From: Camelus dromedarius
Lineage: Eukaryota
Length of the DNA: 64,000 bases
Assembly: GCF_036321535.1 (NCBI RefSeq)
Contig: NC_087436.1
Span: 103,046,001-103,110,000, forward strand
Direction of reading: 5' to 3'
Shown here: positions 49,480 to 62,403 of the stretch, piece by piece
Numbering within the stretch: the stretch's first letter is position 1
Layout of the letters: each line of letters starts with the position of its first letter
Notes under the pieces: generated by a model
What the model saw: only the letters and a program-made list of their open reading frames with translations
Told to the model about the DNA's origin: nothing
Database searches by the model: none
Made by a program: the position numbers and the translations under genes

Positions 49480-49885
49480 TTTATTTATTCATTTAAAATA
49501 TAATTATTGATTACCAAGACCTAGGATGATACTGGTGAGCAAGATAGACTGGGTTCCTGTTCCCCTGAAGATTTAAGTCCAGTGAGAGAGTATTGATCAA
49601 ATAATTCACAAAAGAATGAGAGACTACAACTGTGATAAATGCTATGAAGAAATGGTTTAGATGCCAGGAGACACTTTAGAGATCGAAGAGAAGTTAACAG
49701 AATGAATGGGGAAAGGAGATGTCAGTGTGAAGAATCAGCATTTATAGAGTTCCTTTGGAATGACAGATAGTAGAGAATATTTCTGAGAGATATTTCTGAG
49801 GCAAAAATACGCCTACAGATTGGGGCATGAGGAGGAGTCAAAGATAATTTCTGTACAGTGGAACAGAATGCAGGGTGGTGGTGGC
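49480..49885 (-). mobile_element. L2 3' portion
   Basis: ttatttattcattt...ctaggatgatactggtgagcaagatagactgggttcctgttccc...gataaatgctatgaagaaa. Confidence 0.7.
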
Positions 49886-50856
49886 ATAAAATAAATAAAT
49901 ACAAAAAAATTGTAAAGACTAATAATAAAGAATAAAATAAGAAATCAATAAAATATAAAATTTAAAAGCACAGAGAGGATTAATCGAGGCAAAAGTTGAT
50001 TTTTTTCACAAGACTTCCAAACAATGGACAAACCTCTACAAACACCAACCACGAAAAGAATTCACAAGTCAGTAACATTATAAATGAAAAAGATATCATA
50101 ACTACAGTGTAGCAGGCATTATAAGGATAATTGAAAAAGTTCTATTAACAGTTTATGGCAATGAATTCAAAAAGACAAAAATAGTTATTAAAAAATTGTA
50201 CTTGCTAACATCTAATCTGACTCAGGATGAAACTGAGAGCCTGAATAATATTGCTAGATTTATTAAACATATTGAAGTCATATTTTAACATCTTTCTACA
50301 AAGAAAACAACAAGCCCTGGCTTTAATGCATATTTCTACCAAATTTTCAAGACTCACATCAATTTGATGTTTTTCAGGAAGACTGAATGCTTTGCATCTC
50401 ATTCTATGGGGCTAATATAACCTTGATGACCAATACTAGAAAGAGTGTGGGAAATGATAATTACAGGCTTACTTGATCCATGAATATAGATGCATGCATC
50501 CTAAAAAAATTCAGTAAAACTTCCAATAACACAAATTAGGAAATAAGGCAATTAGTAAGTTATTGCCATCCTACAGTCAATTCTCTCTGTTTGAAATGAA
50601 AGAAAAGTTAAAACTATCTTAGCAAAGTAGAGGTAGAAAATGCAGAGAAGGGATTGGCCAGCTGGAGAAGTGGCACCAAGTCTTATTTTGAGGATCAGTT
50701 AGGTCCTTGTGTGTTTAAGGTTTCCCCAGCTCAAGAACTCTTGACTGGGCCAATAATATTGGCTTTAATCAACCAGGAAAATTCTGAAATCTTCGGTATT
50801 GTCTTGGGAGTCCAAGAGTTTGTCATTTTTAAACGACAACAATTATACACAGATGT

Positions 50857-50869
50857 ACACACACACACG

Positions 50870-50900
<31 letters not shown>
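50857..50900 (+). repeat. (CA)n microsatellite, interrupted
   Basis: acacacacacacgcacgcacacacac... Confidence 0.95.
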
Positions 50901-51261
50901 CTGAGTATGAAACAACTACCATGTAGTAGACGGGAATCTGGGCCTGCTTTGAAAGGTTGCAAGAAAAGCCTTCTGTGACTCAGTCAGGTCTACTGGAGTC
51001 CTTTTCTTGATCTCACTGTATTAGCAAGTCGAATTTTCACCACATTTTTAAAAAGCTAACATTCATCATACTGGGATTTTCTTAGCTATGCAAGGACGTT
51101 TAAATATTATACTTTTAAATGTAATTAACTCCATTAAGAGATTAAAGGAGAAAAATACAACCATCTCAATAGATACAGAAAAAGGTCCTTATAAAATATA
51201 ATATGTATTCATAATCAAGAAAAACAAAACCAAACCAACAAACATAAATTATTTGTGAACT

Positions 51262-51388
51262 AGGCACTCTGGAACGTAAGTTTTAGGAAGACAGGGAATT
51301 TAGCTTGTTCTCTTTATTGATATATCATCTCAGGCACCTAGAATAGTTCCTCACACAAAGAAGACAACATCTTAACTTTTGACTGAAA
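51262..51388 (+). mobile_element. L2 3' end nested in L1
   Basis: gtaagttttaggaagacagggaatttagcttgttc...caggcacctagaatagttcctcacacaaag. Confidence 0.65.
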
Positions 51389-54300
51389 AAAAAAAAAAAA
51401 AAAAGAAAAGAAAATGTTTTAATTTGATGAGAATTACCTACCCAACCTAAAATACTGACATAACTTAAATGGGTAAATGTTAGAAGTACTTCCTTTAAAA
51501 TGGAGAAGAATAGCCTCTATTGTCTCTTTTATTCAGTTCTGCACTGGAGGCTTTATATAGCCCAATAAGAAAATAAAATTAAATAAATATGTAGGAATGA
51601 GAAAGAGGAAAATAAAACTGTCATTACTTGTCATTAATGATTTTCTACATGGAAACACAAACAGATATCTAGACAATTTATTATAAATAATTGAGAAGAT
51701 TAGAAGGCTTGCTGGATATGATTTAAAAAGCCAATTTTATTTCTAAACATCAGCAACAAATATTTGAACAACAGACTATATACCATAACTTACAATAGCA
51801 ATAAAACTGTATTTTATTTGGGAATAAATTTAGTAACTAATATGCAAGAATTTTTTACAATGAATAAAAAACTGTAATAAAGGGCATTAAAGAACACCTA
51901 AGAAAATAGAGAAATACCCCTTGTTCAGAAGGCTTAATATTATACAATATCATTTTCCCAAACTTATCATAGAATATCCTAGTGATCAATAAAACATCTC
52001 TAAGAAATATCCCAATGGAGATCTTTGTGATATTTAACAAAGTGGTACATTTTTATAAGAAATAGCATATAACTAAAATAGCTTGGAAAAGATAAAAAAA
52101 AAAAAAGAGGTGCATCACCAAGTTACCAGGTTGCCTCTTAAAATAGAGTAAGTAGCCTAGTATATAATAGGTATAAAGACAGAAAAACTGATGAATGGAA
52201 CAGAAAAGAGACCAGAAATAAACCCACACATATGCAGAAATCTGACAGATGCCAAGAGGTGTGACATATCATTAGGAAAAGAACAAGTATTCAATGAAGA
52301 GAATTCAACGAATGTTTACTCAGAGGGGGAAGTTAAACAGGAAGCCTGACACACGTCGTAAATAAAATTTTCACGTGTTGGATAGTTTCTGGGTTCTCCG
52401 TTGTGCTCCACTGATCTATAGTTTTGCTGACCTTACACTCCTGCTTGGAATATTTTTGTTTTGCTATCATGTTTTATCCCTTTTCAGGCTGTTTGGCTCC
52501 CTTTCATCACTTTGTTACTCAGATCAATCAGTCTGCAATAGTGGAATAAAGTTACTTTCAAGACAGCATGCTCCATTAGACTAGCATTAAATTTTTGTTT
52601 GAATTCTTGTGCAGAATGCAATCAATCACATAATGGAAGATTAATAAGTATGAATTGAGGGGATCATAAATGGGAGGATGTGAACCTTGTGAAACTGGGT
52701 GAGAATTCAGTTTTATATGACTATGTGTATTTTTTTTTTCAGGGGGTCAGAATGTGTTTTTAGTTTATATTTGACCTGTTTACTTGGACATTATTTTATT
52801 CATTCTGCATTTGAAAATTTTAAGGCAACTGCTCCTGTCCTCAGTCTTCGAACTGCTGTTGCATTTATCTTTTAATGGAAACTTAACCTTTTCATTCACC
52901 ACCATATAAAAATACCTTTTCAGAAGGTTTAATGCCCCTTCATTGCCTCTTTATTCAAAGTTAGAGTGGTAAAATGGTGGTCTCAATTTCTTTGTTTCTA
53001 AAATGAGGGGGTGAACAAGTATTTTTCTAGCTTTATTTTCAGCTCTAACATTTGGCTTCTTTGCTGGATATTCAGTCTTTATTGCTCATGGGATTATTTG
53101 CATCCGTCTTAATAAAGTGATTCTTGTTAAAATCAGTAATATACATCATTTAAAAAGGTGAAATGCATATCTTAGTAGCTCTTCTCTTATCTAATGATTT
53201 CTTAAGAGGAAATAAGACCAAAAGCACTGATAATAAATATTCTCCTGTGATAACTTTATTGCAGTTTATAAAGCTATAGCTCCAACATCATGTTTCATAC
53301 AGAAAAATAACTTTCAACATAATCATCATAAAAAATCTACTTTTTTGTGGCATGCTCACAGAAGTGTGAAATTTTTTATAGTTTCATAGACCAAATTCTA
53401 TGAAATAGGAGTAAAGACTTGATTCAAAGAAGCTTGCACTTATTAATAAAAGTTTGAGAACTTTGAAAATTGTGGAATATGGTGGTATGCAGACAGTAAA
53501 ATAATTTCACAAACCCAAATTTAATTAACTTCTGAGAACAATGTGCCTTTCTACAGTTAACTTATTTTTATAATGTGCCTAAGAGGCAAGTAGAATTTTT
53601 TGTAATCTCTGCTAGTTATTAAAAATAAACAATGATAAGCTTTTGGGTACTGTTTCCATAAAGTAATAGCTGTTTGTGTCCAGACTGCTTTAGATGTCAG
53701 CTTCAGAGACCATGGAATTATCTGAGAGTTGGCAGGTAATTTCAAATGCTGTGGCATTCCCATCATATTTGAGAATGAAACATCACAATCAGCTGGCTGT
53801 CTTGAAGACAATAATTTCTATAAAGACCAATTAATGAGCTACCTGCCAAATCATACCTCTTGATGAAAAAGGGAATCCCTGATGACATTTTGCAGATCTC
53901 CTATCTCAAAAGAAGCCCCTGTCTACATGATCTTTTTAGCATGGTAGTTTAACACAAAGCAATTTTGTATATGGGAAAATGTTCGATCGCTCCCCAAAAG
54001 TTTGTGACATACCAGATGCTGAGAAAAAAACTGGATATTTACAATATGGATGGCTTTACCAGTGCAGGAGGAAAATTCTTCCTTTTGAACTGTATAGTAT
54101 AACATAAGCCATTATACACCATATTTTAAACTTGCACTAAATAAAATGCATCTTATTTTTGTTCTAGGTTTTGAAGATGCAAAGACATGAACAAAGAATT
54201 TAAAGCCCTAGGCTCCAGTATAACTTTCACTTGAATTAAAGACCACCAAGGCCAGTCTTTAAAGTGAGATGTGGAAAAATTCTATCTGTGCAGTCAAGGG

Positions 54301-54836
54301 AAGTTTATCATTGATTCTGTCACAGACTTATAAATTAAGAAGCTACTTAAACAGAAATTATCCCAGAATCATACATTCAACTTCTTCATTTGAAAGATGA
54401 AGAAAGTTTAAACTCATGGAGTTTCACTTTTCTTTCTTCTCCATATCATTCTCTGCCCTATAGATGATTACATGCAAGGTATGTCTGATGGAAACCTCCA
54501 AGACCACACATTCTGGTCTATTCCTTCACATTTTTATCAGTGTTTAACCTCCTATAGATAATTATCTCAAGTCTCTGCTCTCAGCAAACAACTAATAAAC
54601 TATCAAATGCATTATGCCTTTGGTCCAAGTAAGGTCCTAAATATGGTATGGTTTTACTGTGTTGCTTATCACAGAGACAGTAATAAGAATATGTTTCAAG
54701 CATCCTGGAAGAAAAGAAATTGAAATTCAGAGTCATACCACATAAACATACATACCTTCTCACAATAAAGAATTAGATGTCTGAGAATTAGAAAGCAGAA
54801 TGATGAACAGAGAGTAAGCTTCATAACATGTAAATA

Positions 54837-57233
54837 TAGGCATACCTCTGAGATACTGTGGGTTCAGTTCCAAACCTCCCCAATAAAGTGAATGCTGCAA
54901 TAAAGCTAGTCACACAAATGCTGTTTTCCCAGTGCATGCTATGTTTACACCACACTGCAGTCTATTAAGTGCAATAGCATTAGGTCTCAAAAACCAATGT
55001 ACATATCTTAATTAAAAATACTTTATTGCTAAAAAATGCTAACCATCATCTAAGCCTTCAGTGAATCACAAGCTTTTTGCTGGTGGAAGGTCTTGCCTTC
55101 ATGTTGATGGCTTTTGACTGACCAGTGTGGTGACTGCTGAAGGTTGGGGTGGCTATGTAAACGTCTCAAAATAAGACAACAATTAAGTTTGCCACATTGA
55201 TCAATTCTTCCTTTCATGAGAGATTTCTCTGTAGCAAGCAATATTGTTTGATAGCACTTTACCCATAGTAGAACTTCTTTCAAAATTGGAGTCAATCCTT
55301 TCAAACCCTGTTGCTACATTATCAACTAAGTTGATGTAATAGTCTAAATCCTTTGTTGTAATTTAAACCATCTTCACCACGAGCAGTTTCCATTGCAAGA
55401 AAACACTTTATGCGCATCCATAAGGAGAAACTCCTCATCTGTTGAAATTTGATCATGAGATAGCAGCAGTTCAGTCACATCTTCAGGATCCACTTCTGAT
55501 TCTAGTTCTTTTGCTCTCTCCACCACATTTGCTGTTCCTTCCTCCACTAAATTTGTGAATCCCTTAAAGTTGTCCATTAGGATTGGAATCAACTTCTTCC
55601 AAATTCCTGTTAATACTGGTATTCTGACTTCTTCCCATGAATCACAAATGCTCTTTATGACATCTAGAATGGTGAATTTTTTCCAGAAAGTTTTCAATTG
55701 ACTTTGCCTAAATTCATCAGAGGAATCACTATCTATGGTGGCTATAGTCTTATGAAACGTAATTCGCAAATAAAAAGGCTTGAAAGTCAAAATTAATCCT
55801 TGATCCACAAGTTGCAGAATGAATGTTGTGGCAGCAGGCATGACAACATTAACTGCATTGTGTGTCTCCATCAGAGCTCCCAGGTGCACTGGCAATGAGG
55901 TGTATTATCAATGAGGTGCTTTGTCAATGAGCCATGATATTTTGAAAGGAATCTTTCTTTCTGAGCAATAGATCACAACAGTGGGCTTAAAATATTCAGT
56001 AAATTGTGTTGTCAACAGATGTTTTGTCATTCAGGCTTTGTTGTTCCACTTTTAGAGTACAGGCAGAGTAGATTGAGCCTAATTCTCAAAGGCCCTAGGA
56101 TTTTTTGGAATGGTAAATGAGCACTGGATTCAACTTAAAGTCACCAACTACATTAGCCCTGACCAAGAGAGACAGTCTGTCCCTTTGAAGCTTTGAACCC
56201 AGACACTGACTTCTCCTTTCCAGCTGTCAGAGTCCTAGATGGCATCTTCTTCCAATAGAAGGCCATTTCATTTACATTGAAAATCTCTTGTTTAGTGTAG
56301 CCATCTTCATTAATTATCTTAGATCTGGATAACTTGCTGCAACTTTTACATCAGCATTTGCTGCTGATAGCCTTGCAGTTTTATGTTATGAAGACAGCTT
56401 CTTGCTTTAAACCTCATGACCCAAACTCCACTAGCTTCAAACTTTTCTTCTGCTGCTTCCTCACCTCTCTCAGCCTTCATACAATTGAAGAGAGTTAGGG
56501 CCCTGGTCTGGATTAGGCTTTGGCTTAAGGGAATGTTGTGGCTGGTTTGATCTTCTACCCAGATCACTAAAAACTTCTCCATATCGGCAATAAGTCTGCT
56601 TTGCTTTCTTATCATTCGTGTGTTCACTGGAGGAGCACTTTTAATTTCCTTCAAGAACTTTTCCTTTGCATTCACAACCTGGCTAACTGGCACAAGAGCC
56701 CGAGTTTCCCCATCTTAGCTTTTGGCATGTCTTTCTCACTAAGCTTAACCATCTCTGGCTTTTGATTTAAAGTGAGAGATATGTGACTCTTCCTTTCACT
56801 TTCAACATTTACTGGCCGTTATAGGGTTATTAATTGGCCTAATGTCAATATTGTTGTGTCTCAGGGGACAGGGGACCTGAGGAGCGGGAGAGAGATAAGG
56901 AAACAGCTGGTTGGTGGGGCAGTCAGAACACACACATTTATCTATTAAGTTCACCATGTTACATGAGTGTGGTTCACAGTGCCGGAAAAGTTCCAATGGT
57001 AACATCAGAGATCACTGATCACAGATCATCATAACAAATATAATAATAATGAACAGTTTGAAGTATTGTGAGAATTACCACAGTGTGACACAGAGACACG
57101 AAGTGAGCAAATGTTGGAAAAATGGCACCCAAGGACTTGCTCAACACAGGGTTCCACGAACCTCCAATCCGTAAAAAACCAAAATATCTATGAAGTGCAA
57201 TAAAGAGAAGCAGAATAAAACAGAGTATGTGTG
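54837..57233 (-). mobile_element. Tigger1 (TcMar-Tigger) DNA transposon, near full length
   Basis: TIR-like ends (t)aggcatacctc and gagtatgtgtg, each flanked by TA; ~2.4 kb; internal transposase remnants. Confidence 0.95.
55374..56818 (-). pseudogene. disrupted Tigger1 transposase (CENP-B-type HTH plus DDE_1)
   Basis: ORF-track pieces [51 protein letters not shown] and QLVDQGLILTFK..LKTFWK..DSWEEV..GIWKKLIP; start codon appears as ACG at ~56818; frameshifts. Confidence 0.92.
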
Positions 57234-58189
57234 TACACGAATCAGGGAGAAACCGGAAGCTCAAATTTAAAAGAGAGTTTGAATTTAGTGGGAATATCAG
57301 AGTATCAGGAAAATCGTAAGAGATGGGGTAAGATGTAGTTTAGTACGTCCTGCTTAACTTTTTTCTCACTGGCGTGGATAGATGATCATCAGTCTGCTAT
57401 AAATATGTAAATATGTGGATGTCTTCTGAAGGAAAAATAACATTTTATGTGGGAATTAATTGCTAATACTAGGCAATTCATAGACCTTGGTAAAACAATG
57501 AAAATGATGGATTAAAAGTATGGAAGTTTTCATTAGTCAGGCTTTCAAAGTCTTTTTTAAGTTTAACATAAAATAAGGCCATTTAGCTATGATTGTGTCT
57601 CTCATCTTAAACTCACCCTAGTTTTATTAATCAACAGCATTTTGCATTATTACAGTGAACCAAACCCACTGCTAAGTACTGGTCATGCTTAAAGACCACA
57701 GAGTATAAAAAAAATGTTGAAGCAAGCTGTTGGTTGACATAAAATTGCTAAGGAGGAAGAAATACAATTTTATTTAGACACTAAAACATTATGGGAAATA
57801 CTACCAATGGAGTAAAATCACAGAATTCTGCACGTCATTTATTGAAAGTATTTTCTTCTATATCAGAGATGTTTCCCATGCTCATTGTTTGTCAGACTCA
57901 ATCCTTCTCTGCCAAGAAACATCAGTAGCTTTTTGAGAAAATGGTAATAGTTTAAAAATGGTTATAATACTCAGTCTAACTTCTAACAAACAGCTCCTGG
58001 ACAAAAATGGAGGCAGACATTTAAGTGTTTGTTGAATTAACTATGAAAGTTATACTTTGACCTTATTCCCTGATACAGACAAAACCATAAATGTGCGAAG
58101 ATACCACACTGGTAAGGATCCATATCAAAACCCTTGATGTCTCCATAAATTTCATAAATATAGTATTATAATTCATAAATAGTAGGATA

Positions 58190-59170
58190 CAGAGAAAATT
58201 AAAACAAAATAAAATATAAGTTAATTTGGTGAAATAAAAATAATAAAAATGGAAATTAACAAGAAGAAAATATAGGCAAATATACAATCTCATAATTAAA
58301 GAAAGTTAAAATAAAAGAAGAAAACATGGGAAAGTTTGAGTACATATGCATTACAAATTATGTATAGCTTAAGAATATAAATAATATCAACAGTCAAATG
58401 GCAAACTGGAAAACAATTTGCTACATATTGCACTCAGAAAATTAAATTCTTAACTCAATATAAAAGAAAATAAACAATGAGAAAATTACCAGTTGGTGCA
58501 ACTCTACCCATGCAAACAAACTCAGAACTATAAATGGTTAATGAACACATTAAAATACTCAACATGACTTATAATTAAAGAAATGCAAATAAGTATTCTA
58601 ATATGCTGCTTATGGGAATACAAATGTATGGAAACTTCCTGGGGGGCAACTTGGCAACATTAATCCAAATCATCAAAATACTCATACTCTGACCCAATTA
58701 TTCCATTTTAGGAATATACCCTAAAGAAATAATCAGAGATGTGCACAATTAATTATGCATAAGAGTGTTTATTTACAGCATTATTTATGGTAGTAAAACT
58801 GTGCAACAAGGCACAGTGTCCAATACTAAAAGAATAGGTGAGAGAAATCAGAGAACTTAGTAATATAATGTAATAGTATGCATTCTTCACATAAATTTTC
58901 ACATACTAAAAATACATAAAATGAAAATACATAATAGAAACTGTCAAATGCATATTCTAATTTTCTTTAATCATATATTACACACAGACACATGTGTACA
59001 GACATGTGCATATATTTTCAGATGGAAATACACTAAAATTTAATATTTTACATTAACATGTGCTGTGATTATGGACAATTCCTTTCTTTCCCTCTGCTTA
59101 TTTCTGCATGTTATGAAAGTTGTGCATTAAACTCATATTAATTCTATTAGAAAAGATGATAAATATTAAG
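58190..59170 (+). mobile_element. old L1 (L1ME) 3' region
   Basis: caaatggcaaactggaaaac...ctctgacccaattattccattttaggaatataccctaaagaaataatc...acagcattatttat. Confidence 0.75.
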
Positions 59171-59889
59171 GAAATGTTTATATGCTTTCATTTTCTAAGT
59201 ATGTTAAGCAAAGAAAATTATCATTCTGAGACAAATAAAATGTGAGTATGATATTAATATAGAACAAAGTGGAACGGACTATTTTTTATTGTTATTGTAT
59301 TGAAGAAAGTACAAACCACAAACTGATTACTCATATATGAATAATTACATAAAGCAAACTTTTAAGAAATGTAAATGAAATTGCCAATTATAATTATAAT
59401 ACAATCAGCTAACTTAAAATTGTGAAATTCAATCATGTAATATTATGATGGCCATGATTTTAAAAGTATAACTGAAGTGATATTTGTATCCTATACTGAG
59501 TTATATATTTTAAAAATACAGCTGCTCAAGTGCCCATAAAACATATACTTAACTATATACTACTATATTAAATAATTGAAAAAAGGATGCATCTGTAAGG
59601 TCTGAATTTCCTGATAGTGATGCACTAAAACTATATATTATTTTTAAATGCATTTAAAACTCATAATTAAGAATTTTAACGTATGTTCCCAAATAATTAC
59701 TGTTTCAAAAATAAAATCAAGTATTTCCTAGTAAAATAATTAAAAGAAACACAAGATTTTAAAGGCTTAGTATGGCAAAGAGGACAGTCTTAGCCATATC
59801 AATCTACTCAGCAAATATGTCTTTGAAAAACATTTTATGGGTGAATTAATTATATTTTTTAAACATTCAAAAATGATGTTTTTATTCAG

Positions 59890-61170
59890 AGTAAGGAATT
59901 TTCAACAACCACACATGCAATGTTCAGTATGTGCTAGACTTTGTTCCAGTAATTAAGTAAAGAAGATTTACGTATAATAAAAGAAGAGACAGAGAGCTGG
60001 AAGGTGCAAGGGCATCTGGGACAAGACCGTTGGATAAAGAAAACAGTGAGTACAAAGGCTCTAAGTTGGAAATGGATTGATGTGTCTTAGAAGATGCAAA
60101 GATGCACGTGTGGGTAAAGAAAAGGGAAACAGTGGCAAGACACACGTTTAGAAAACTAGCAAGTAGCCAAATAATTTAGGATCTTATAGCTAGTTAAGGA
60201 CTTTGGCTTTTCCATGAGCAAGATGGAAAGCCATAGAAGTTGTCTAGGTGTTACATATGATAATTAAATTTTAGAAGGATAATTCCATTGGGCAGCCAAT
60301 AGACTACATAATAATAATCCATGTTTAGGCTATCATAATTCAGGGAAAGTATGATGGCTCCTTGGACCAAGGTGATAGTAGAAGAGCTGACCATGGTCTG
60401 AGTGGGTCTATTTCAAAGGTAGACCAAATAGGTTTAAGTACTTAATTCAAAGAAGAGTGTATGATAAAGAAATGGTAAAGTTTATCTTCAGCTATATGGA
60501 GTCACTATATATTAAAATGGGAAAGGCTGTGGATAAAATGGATTCAATATAGCAAACTCTTGTTATCCCTCCCCTTGAGAGGTGAAATGTATCTTTCTCT
60601 TGAATTTGGACAAGTCTTTGTGACTTGATTGAATATTAAAGTGTGATGAAAGTCATGTCTGGAAATTCCAAGGTTAGATGATAGGAAGTCTTTCAGCTTC
60701 CCTCTGAACCTCTTGGGACAATTATTCTGGGAGTTGCCAGTCATCACGGTTCTAATACACAGAAACCTCTCTAATGTGAAGATGCCGTATAGAGACGATA
60801 CATGCAAAGGGAGAAGGCAAGGAGCTCAGAGATGTCTCAACTATTCCAACTTAGGTGCCAGACATATGAAGAATCCTTCAAAGGTGTCCTCCCCAGACAC
60901 CACTTTTCTGCAACCACCTGAAAATTCCAGCGTGAAAACACTCAGTTGATTGCAGTCAGCTCATAAAGCCATGGACTATAATGATAGTAATAATAATAGT
61001 AAATAAAGTGTCATTTTACGCCTGTAGGTATTGTCATGGCTTGTCACACAGCAGCAGAGAACCAGAGCAGTGGGAGAAACAGGGTTAGAGGGAAATCAAG
61101 TTTTATTTTTCACATGTTAAATGCCAGATGGACATTAACCATCCAACTGAAAATGTTAACTAGGCTAACA
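59890..61170 (-). mobile_element. L2 fragment split by MLT1H
   Basis: gttaaggactttggcttttccatgagcaagatggaaagccatagaag...gatggctccttggaccaaggtgatagtag; resumes at 61070. Confidence 0.7.
60548..61069 (+). mobile_element. MLT1G/H-like MaLR LTR
   Basis: cctccccttgagaggtg..cttgaatttggacaagtctttgtgactt...ggcttgtcacacagcagcagagaaccagagca. Confidence 0.8.
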
Positions 61171-61259
61171 ACCTCTGACATTCACAGACATTTCGATTGG
61201 ATCACTGGTCCATGAAGGTATTTGTGTTTAAGGCCCTCATGGCAAGTGCTGAATTCTTA

Positions 61260-62040
61260 TTATGGATGTGGGTATTCATTTCTTATTTCATGTGAGAGCC
61301 TCTACTTTTTCACTATTAAGACTATGGGTTTCTGATAAATAGAGTTTATCGATGAGGTTTCTTTCTCTCCTTACTGGCTGAGGGTTTGTCTTTTACATTA
61401 TGAATGAATATTGATATTATCAGTGCTTTTTCTGTATCTAGTGATAGAATCAGTTTTATTTACATGCTGAGTTGTATGTTGTGGACATCACCATCATCCT
61501 GTTCTAAAATCTCTTCTGTCTCACAAAGGAGAAATTAGTATCTATTATTTTCTAGAATCATCTTCATCTAGTTTGTTACGGGTTAAAAGCTGACAATGAA
61601 AGGACTTTACAGGAGCTCTGGAAGGCATAAAAGGAGAAACCATTATTCTGAGAAAGTAGTTGCAGAGAGACACATGCTCCTATGGTGTTTGAAAGTTTCC
61701 AAGTGAAATTCTTGAGAATTACTCATTTTGTTAATGCATCTTGAGGTAAGTAGATCTTCCCAACAGTTCTTTACATTTGTCACACTAGGTCATCAGCAAA
61801 TTCTTGAAAACCATCTGATTTAATAATGTTGGCTGTGACTTTTGGTGGTAACTTCTCTGAATTTTACTCCATCAATCTTTTCAATAACTGTGCAAGTTTC
61901 TAACTTCCAGAATTGAAACATTTCATATCTGGAGTGCAGAGAGGCCTCTGTGTTCTACACAGCATCCTGACTGATAAGCTGATAGGTTTTTACATGGCTA
62001 AACTATGTTTATATTCCTGAGATAAACTCTATTTTGAAAT
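61260..62040 (-). mobile_element. old L1 ORF2 fragment split by an ERVL LTR
   Basis: ttttcactattaag...tgaatattgatattatcagtgctttttctgtatcta; resumes as attcctgagataaac. Confidence 0.6.
61477..61976 (+). mobile_element. LTR33/LTR41-like ERVL LTR
   Basis: tgttgtggacat...ttctagaatc...gggttaaaagctgacaatgaaaggac...ggaaggc...gcctctgtgttc..cctgactgata. Confidence 0.55.
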
Positions 62041-62044
62041 TGTA

Positions 62045-62403
62045 CTAGACTATTCACCAACTATTTTCCTATAATTCTCTACCTTTTGGATCCCTCAATT
62101 AATTGCATTTCTGGGTCCTCTGATTAAGTGGGGCCATGGAACTCATTCTAGCCAAAACATTGTGAGCAGATGAGAAATGTAACTTCTAGGCCAAACATTA
62201 AGTTGTTGGCATAACACCTTAGATTATTTTTTCTCTGCTACCACCATTAACAATGGTTGTGGCCAATCTCTCCATCTGTGACGTGGAATAAAAATACAGA
62301 GCATAGCCACCAGCAGTTTCACCATGGATATATAACATAATCATAGCTTCACTGATGATAGCTTATTGCTTTTAGCATAACCAAGGACATCCTGATTGGT
62401 ACA
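62045..62403 (+). mobile_element. MLT1J-like MaLR 5' LTR
   Basis: gtggggccatggaactcattctagccaa..tgtgagcaga..aacttctaggcc...gcataaccaaggacatcctgattggtaca. Confidence 0.7.

Larger units (their letters stand above)
49895..52372 (+). mobile_element. old L1 (L1ME-like) ORF2 RT region, interrupted twice
   Basis: ttacaggc...atgaatatagatgca; ccatctcaatagatacagaaaaagg; aataaaactgtcattacttg; gaatggaacagaaaagagaccagaaataaaccc. Confidence 0.8.

Noticed and set aside
53712..53760. COMMD3-like N-terminus (MELSES..Q, then FQML in another frame)
   Set aside because: Needs a frameshift, codons do not fit descent from the recalled mRNA and similarity stops at once; probably chance
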